This document shows positions 59,522-64,000 of a DNA stretch of 64,000 nucleotides, piece after piece. The position numbers were made by a program, and so were the translations under genes. Below the pieces are notes generated by a model, which saw only the letters and a program-made list of their open reading frames with translations, did no database searches and was not told the DNA's origin. Positions within the stretch are counted from its first letter, which is position 1. Each line of letters starts with the position of its first letter. This DNA comes from Synergistales bacterium (lineage in GTDB: Bacteria > Synergistota > Synergistia > Synergistales > JAFGMB01): positions 64,001 to 128,000 of the forward strand of contig OY762654.1 of NCBI GenBank assembly GCA_963666205.1, given 5' to 3'.

Positions 59522-61204
59522 TTAAAGAACAATGTTTTCAGTGTATTCTCCGAATTCTTCCCTGAGAACACCACAGATCTCACCTTCGGTAGCATAACAC
59601 TTTACAGCGTCAATAATACGAGGCATCATATTGAGAGATTCGTCCCGCGCTGCACTTCTGACTTCCTCTAGTGAATTCTGAACGGCAATGTTATCCCTTG
59701 TCTCCTTCATCTTTTTCAGTCTGGATATCTGCATTCGACCAACAGACTCATCAACTTTAAGAAGTTGAAGATCTCTACGTTCTTCTTCCATTCTAAATTT
59801 GTTTACGCCAACTACTATGAGATCTTCATTTTCAATTGCTTTCTGATATTCGTATGCGGCATCCTGAATCTGTTTCTGAACATATCCTTTCTCTATGGCG
59901 ACCAACATTCCATCCATATCATCTATCTTCCTGATATATTCTTCAGCCTTTGTCTGAATATCATTTGTGAGGGCTTCAATGGCATAACTTCCAGCAATTG
60001 GGTCAACTGTATCTGTAACTCCGGACTCATTAGCTATGATCTGTTGTGTCTTCAAGGCAATACCAACACTCTTTTCAGTAGGTAAAGCAAGAGCCTCATC
60101 CATGCTGTTCGTGTGCAACGATTGTGTTCCTCCCAGAACAGCAGAAAGTGCCTGCAGTGCGACTCTCACAATATTATTTTCCGGCTGTTGAGCCGTAAGT
60201 GTACATCCTGCAGTCTGAGTATGGAATCGAAGCATCTGGGCTTTGGGATCTGTTACGCCAAATCGGGTTTTCATTATCTGTGCCCACATTCTTCTGGCTG
60301 CCCTGAACTTTGCTATCTCTTCAAGGAATCCATTATGTGCATTAAAGAAGAATGACAGTCTCTTTCCAAATATATTTGGATCCAGACCAGCTTTTATGGC
60401 AGCCTCAACATATGCTATAGCATCAGCAAGTGTAAATGCGACCTCCTGTGCTGCTGTGCTTCCCGCTTCTCTTATATGATACCCTGAAATAGAAATAGTA
60501 TTCCATTTTGGAACATTTTCACTACAAAACCCGAATATATCAGTAATCAGCCGCATAGAAGGTTTGGGCGGGAAAATGTAGGTTCCACGGGCAATGTATT
60601 CCTTCAGGATATCATTCTGAATGGTCCCGGAAAGTCGGTCCATTGGTATACCCTGTTTTTCTCCTACACAGATATACATGGCCAGGAGCACAGCCGCAGG
60701 TGCATTAATGGTCATTGAAGTTGACACTTTATCAAGAGGAATATGGTCAAACAGAGTTTCCATGTCAGCCAGACTATCTATGGCAACCCCTACTTTCCCG
60801 CATTCACCCTGTGCCATTGGATGATCCGAATCGTAACCTATCTGTGTTGGGAGGTCAAAGGCAACAGAAAGACCAGATCCACCCTGAGAAAGAAGATATC
60901 TGTATCGCTTGTTCGATTCTTCAGCCGTAGAAAATCCGGCATACATTCTCATTGTCCAGAATCGACCTCTATACATATTTGGCTGGACACCCCTGGTATA
61001 GGGATAGTGCCCCGGATAACCGATATCCAAGCCGTAATCCTGATTCTGTATATCTTCCGGAGTGTAAACCCTTTTCAGAGGTATACCACCTACTGTTGTA
61101 AATTGTTTCTTTCGTTCAGGATTTTTCGATAAAACCTTGTCAACTGCGATTTCATAGGATCGCTTTAATTCCTGAATTTCTTGGAGTTCTTTTTTTTCAA
61201 ACAC
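59522..61204 (-). CDS. Methylmalonyl-CoA mutase large (substrate-binding) subunit
   Basis: PYTRG, RMYAGF (Tyr), [12 protein letters not shown] (Arg), [11 protein letters not shown] and QSLHTNS.DEA. The Tyr/Arg pair is typical of methylmalonyl-CoA rather than isobutyryl-CoA mutase. Confidence 0.93.
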   Translation of the reverse strand: MFEKKELQEIQELKRSYEIAVDKVLSKNPERKKQFTTVGGIPLKRVYTPEDIQNQDYGLDIGYPGHYPYTRGVQPNMYRGRFWTMRMYAGFSTAEESNKRYRYLLSQGGSGLSVAFDLPTQIGYDSDHPMAQGECGKVGVAIDSLADMETLFDHIPLDKVSTSMTINAPAAVLLAMYICVGEKQGIPMDRLSGTIQNDILKEYIARGTYIFPPKPSMRLITDIFGFCSENVPKWNTISISGYHIREAGSTAAQEVAFTLADAIAYVEAAIKAGLDPNIFGKRLSFFFNAHNGFLEEIAKFRAARRMWAQIMKTRFGVTDPKAQMLRFHTQTAGCTLTAQQPENNIVRVALQALSAVLGGTQSLHTNSMDEALALPTEKSVGIALKTQQIIANESGVTDTVDPIAGSYAIEALTNDIQTKAEEYIRKIDDMDGMLVAIEKGYVQKQIQDAAYEYQKAIENEDLIVVGVNKFRMEEERRDLQLLKVDESVGRMQISRLKKMKETRDNIAVQNSLEEVRSAARDESLNMMPRIIDAVKCYATEGEICGVLREEFGEYTENIVL

Positions 61205-61455
61205 TTTACTTTCCCCCTAGCAACAAGATTTAGCTTGTTTTCAGCTGTGACAGCGTTAATAACGTCATATATCCAATGTGCAATAACCCTCTGTGGGGCT
61301 GAATTTTCTATCCAGCTTAGGATAAACTGAAATGAATTATCTTACAAGTCAAATATTTTCAAGTATTGCCCCGATTTCATTTTCCAATTAGATCATATTG
61401 ATAATTACAGATATTTATAAATTATAGATGTATACTCTTTAAATAAGCCTTGATA

Positions 61456-61674
61456 CTATAAATATTTACTGATGACGTCTACTCCAGCAAAAGCATAAAA
61501 ACCAAGTGTAATAGATGCTGCCAGCATGAATCCTAAAAGCATCCGCAAGTATAATATCCATAATTCCCCCCCCGGCCACTTGCCTTGTCGGATGTTTGCA
61601 ACTATTCGTGCCAAAAAAAGACATCCTATAAACAGGCCTAGTGCTATCAGTGCCTGAACATTTACAATTGGCAT
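61456..61674 (-). CDS. Small two-TM membrane protein, unknown function
   Basis: 72-aa ORF with AAGGAG SD; two hydrophobic helices flanking KWPGG. Confidence 0.7.
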   Translation of the reverse strand: MPIVNVQALIALGLFIGCLFLARIVANIRQGKWPGGELWILYLRMLLGFMLAASITLGFYAFAGVDVISKYL

Positions 61675-61768
61675 CTATGACAACTCCTTTTTTATTTTAC
61701 AATAATCCCTTGTAGTTAAACACGGGTTTTCTTTAATGTACAATAGTCAAGGGTATTCCAATAACGAC

Positions 61769-61799
61769 AAAAAAACGGGAGGATAATAATCCTCCCGTT
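61769..61799 (-). terminator. Intrinsic terminator after the Gfo/Idh/MocA gene
   Basis: Minus strand aacgggaggat-tatt-atcctcccgtt followed by ttttt. Confidence 0.8.
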
Positions 61800-61823
61800 A
61801 AAAATACACCATAGAATATAAAA

Positions 61824-62798
61824 TTATGAAGTCTGTTCTTTATTGATTTTATTTGATCTTGATTCAGCAATATGGATTTGTTTTAGAACTGAAATGGCTA
61901 CTTCAAGCGCTCTTTTACCATCACTTCCCCCAACAAGAGGTTGTTTGCCTTCTCTAACGCAGGAAACAAAATGTTGTAGTTCCAATTTCAGGGGTTCACT
62001 TTTTGGAAAAACAGGATGTTCAATTACTTCAATCAGGCTGTTGTCTTCTTTCACACAACGATGAATCGAAACATCCTGAGTTTCATAGTTTACCGTTACA
62101 TATCTTTGAGGTTCACTGATTTCCAGTTGTCTAAGCCTTCTTTCTGAAACCCTGCTGACGTGGATATGAGCAATTGATCCATTTTCAAATGACATTTGTG
62201 CTGTTGCAAGGTCTTCATGGTCAGATCGCAGGCATCTGCCCATGGCTGATATCTCTCTGATATCCGATTTTACCAGAGACATTATTATATCGATGTCGTG
62301 GATCATCAGATCAAGAACAACCCCTACATCATTTATTCTGGTTGAGTATGGCCCAAGTCTTCTTGACTGTAGAAAAACCGGGTCATGTATTATCTTGGAA
62401 ATATATTGAATAGCACTGTTAAAACGTTCAATATGACCTACTTGGAGAACCAGATCATATTTTTCAGCTATTCGAAGCAGTTCTTCTGCCTCTCTAACTG
62501 TAGTTGTAACCGGTTTTTCAATAAGAACATGAATTCCACTCAAAAGAGCTTTTTTGGCGACCTCATAGTGCAGGATTGTCGGTACAACTACACTTACAGC
62601 TTCAGGTCTGGCTTTTTGAATAAACTCATCTATGTTCGTATAAAAGGGTACTCCAAGTGTTTCTCCAATGACGGATGCACGGGATTCACTCTGATCCACA
62701 ACACCCACAAGCTGTGTACCAAGGATTTCAGTATATACTCTTGCATGATGTTGACCTAGGTGGCCGACTCCAATAACTCCAAGTCTTTTGAGTTCCAT
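61824..62798 (-). CDS. Gfo/Idh/MocA family oxidoreductase
   Basis: GVGHLG Rossmann motif, EKP, VGHIERFN and DLMIHDID. Confidence 0.9.
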   Translation of the reverse strand: MELKRLGVIGVGHLGQHHARVYTEILGTQLVGVVDQSESRASVIGETLGVPFYTNIDEFIQKARPEAVSVVVPTILHYEVAKKALLSGIHVLIEKPVTTTVREAEELLRIAEKYDLVLQVGHIERFNSAIQYISKIIHDPVFLQSRRLGPYSTRINDVGVVLDLMIHDIDIIMSLVKSDIREISAMGRCLRSDHEDLATAQMSFENGSIAHIHVSRVSERRLRQLEISEPQRYVTVNYETQDVSIHRCVKEDNSLIEVIEHPVFPKSEPLKLELQHFVSCVREGKQPLVGGSDGKRALEVAISVLKQIHIAESRSNKINKEQTS

Positions 62799-62840
62799 AT
62801 ATGGATCACTCCTTGTTAATTGCTCTTAAAATATCCTTCT

Positions 62841-63632
62841 TTATATATTCTCCCACCAGAAAGGTGAATTTTGGTACATCTTTTTTAATCTTACCAGAAG
62901 CATCATTCTGCGAGAGGTCCCATTTCTTCTATAAGAATAAAATAAAGAATCTTTACATGATGTACAGTCGGTGATTCTGTTTATATGATCAATGGGTAAT
63001 CCATTTTCGTGTAGTTGCATGCTGATAGCTCTTCCAATATCAATTGAAATTAATCCATCCCCTGTTGATAACAAACATTCGACAGGAAGTCTATCTGCCG
63101 CCTCCATTGTTGAGGGATCAAGAGCCTTTCTGGTATAACAACAGGAACCTATCCCTGGTCCCACCCAGGAAAAAGCTGAATTCAAAGAATCATTTCCATA
63201 CCTGCGCTTCACGATAGAAATGCCCTCTTTTACAATATTTTTCAGAGTCCCCCTGTATCCCGAATGAAGGACAAGAGCCCATGGCTCAGGCTGGGAGGAA
63301 GATATCAGGACTGGAAAACAATCTGCAAACCGGAGAGATATAAAAAGATCAGTACTGGAAAGAAAGATTCCGTCAGCTTCAGGCCTTTGTGGTAATGTGA
63401 TTTCTTTAGAGGCTAAAAGAATTCTGGTTCCGTGAACCTGCTTGGGTGAGATTATTTGAGGCATGGTCCCAAAAAGGAGGTTTACGGCTTTAAGAGGGTC
63501 TCCATTGGAGTTGTCCATTATTTTGCCCTTTAAAAAAAGAGTTGCTGATAAGTACCTGCTTAGCATTCCTGGAGCAAGGTAAGATATCAATGATTGTTCC
63601 CGGGTATTTTTAAAAAAGAAATAGTTGTTCAT
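62841..63632 (-). CDS. pgeF: YfiH/PgeF family protein (laccase-domain / purine nucleoside phosphorylase-like)
   Basis: QVHG, ADG, ADC.PV, HSGYRG, GPGIG.CCY and FYSYRR. Confidence 0.85.
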   Translation of the reverse strand: MNNYFFFKNTREQSLISYLAPGMLSRYLSATLFLKGKIMDNSNGDPLKAVNLLFGTMPQIISPKQVHGTRILLASKEITLPQRPEADGIFLSSTDLFISLRFADCFPVLISSSQPEPWALVLHSGYRGTLKNIVKEGISIVKRRYGNDSLNSAFSWVGPGIGSCCYTRKALDPSTMEAADRLPVECLLSTGDGLISIDIGRAISMQLHENGLPIDHINRITDCTSCKDSLFYSYRRNGTSRRMMLLVRLKKMYQNSPFWWENI

Positions 63633-63638
63633 TTCCCA

Positions 63639-64000
63639 CTAGTCTCTAAAGGGAAAATCGTTTTTGAGTTTGTCTATCATAAGTCCCACAAGATAAAGAC
63701 TTCCGCAGATAACAACAGTTTCTGCTTCTAAAGATGCTTGTCTTACTGCAGTAAAAGGGTCTGATATTGCTCTTGGTTTCTTATTCCATCTGAACAGCGA
63801 GGCTACCCTTAATAATTCTTCAGCAGATTCGCATCTTGAATAATTCGGTATCTGGGTAAGAATGACCCCTGACCCACTCTTCGAGAGGAGCTCCAGAGCT
63901 GCTCTATAGTCTTTATCAGACATGGAAGTAAAAACAAACAACATTTTTTGTCTGGCTGATTCGGTTAATATTGAGTTCAAAGAACTAACAAGGGCTTTTA
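63639..64000 (-). CDS. folC: Probable C-terminus of folylpolyglutamate synthase/dihydrofolate synthase (5' end outside window)
   Basis: Frame open to the window edge; M.DKD, R and VVICGSLYLVG motifs. Confidence 0.75.
   Translation of the reverse strand, partial: KALVSSLNSILTESARQKMLFVFTSMSDKDYRAALELLSKSGSGVILTQIPNYSRCESAEELLRVASLFRWNKKPRAISDPFTAVRQASLEAETVVICGSLYLVGLMIDKLKNDFPFRD

Noticed and set aside
61205-61455. Possible cobalamin riboswitch upstream of the B12-dependent mutase
   Set aside because: No B12-box-like GCCACTG or other core motifs seen by eye; the region is AT-rich and promoter-like.

Overview
A dense, mostly minus-strand housekeeping region (by eye about 40% GC) from an anaerobic bacterium, most likely Synergistota. 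That placement is an inference from the L21-Prp-extended L27 operon, the RpiB-Upp fusion and the amino-acid/propionate fermentation genes. It carries rapZ-yvcK-whiA, gap-pgk-tpiA, pckA, rplU-prp-rpmA-obgE-nadD-LCP-rsfS, xseB-ispA-dxs-tlyA-nadK-recN, mltG-tldD-ftsK-thiN, yebC-ruvCAB-SpoIID-queA-AmmeMemoRadiSam-hutH, nitrilase-nadE, nikR, arcA, speE, the uppS-cdsA-dxr-rseP-ispG block, rpiB/upp-wecA-wecB-murA, and a methylmalonyl-CoA mutase plus Na+-pumping decarboxylase operon. I saw no rRNA, tRNA, CRISPR array, transposase or phage genes. The main candidates are: (1) a small zinc-ribbon gene missed by the ORF track that ends C-S-S-UGA followed by a SECIS-like hairpin (candidate selenoprotein); (2) three intact ORFs that appear to lack catalytic residues (pyruvoyl arginine decarboxylase without Ser-Ser, HisC-like protein without the PLP lysine, PIN toxin missing acidic residues); (3) a sharply bounded GC-rich ~3.8 kb mmd block with no epimerase gene at its junction; (4) a possible two-subunit glutamine-dependent NAD synthetase. 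All calls come from reading motifs by eye; no database searches were run.
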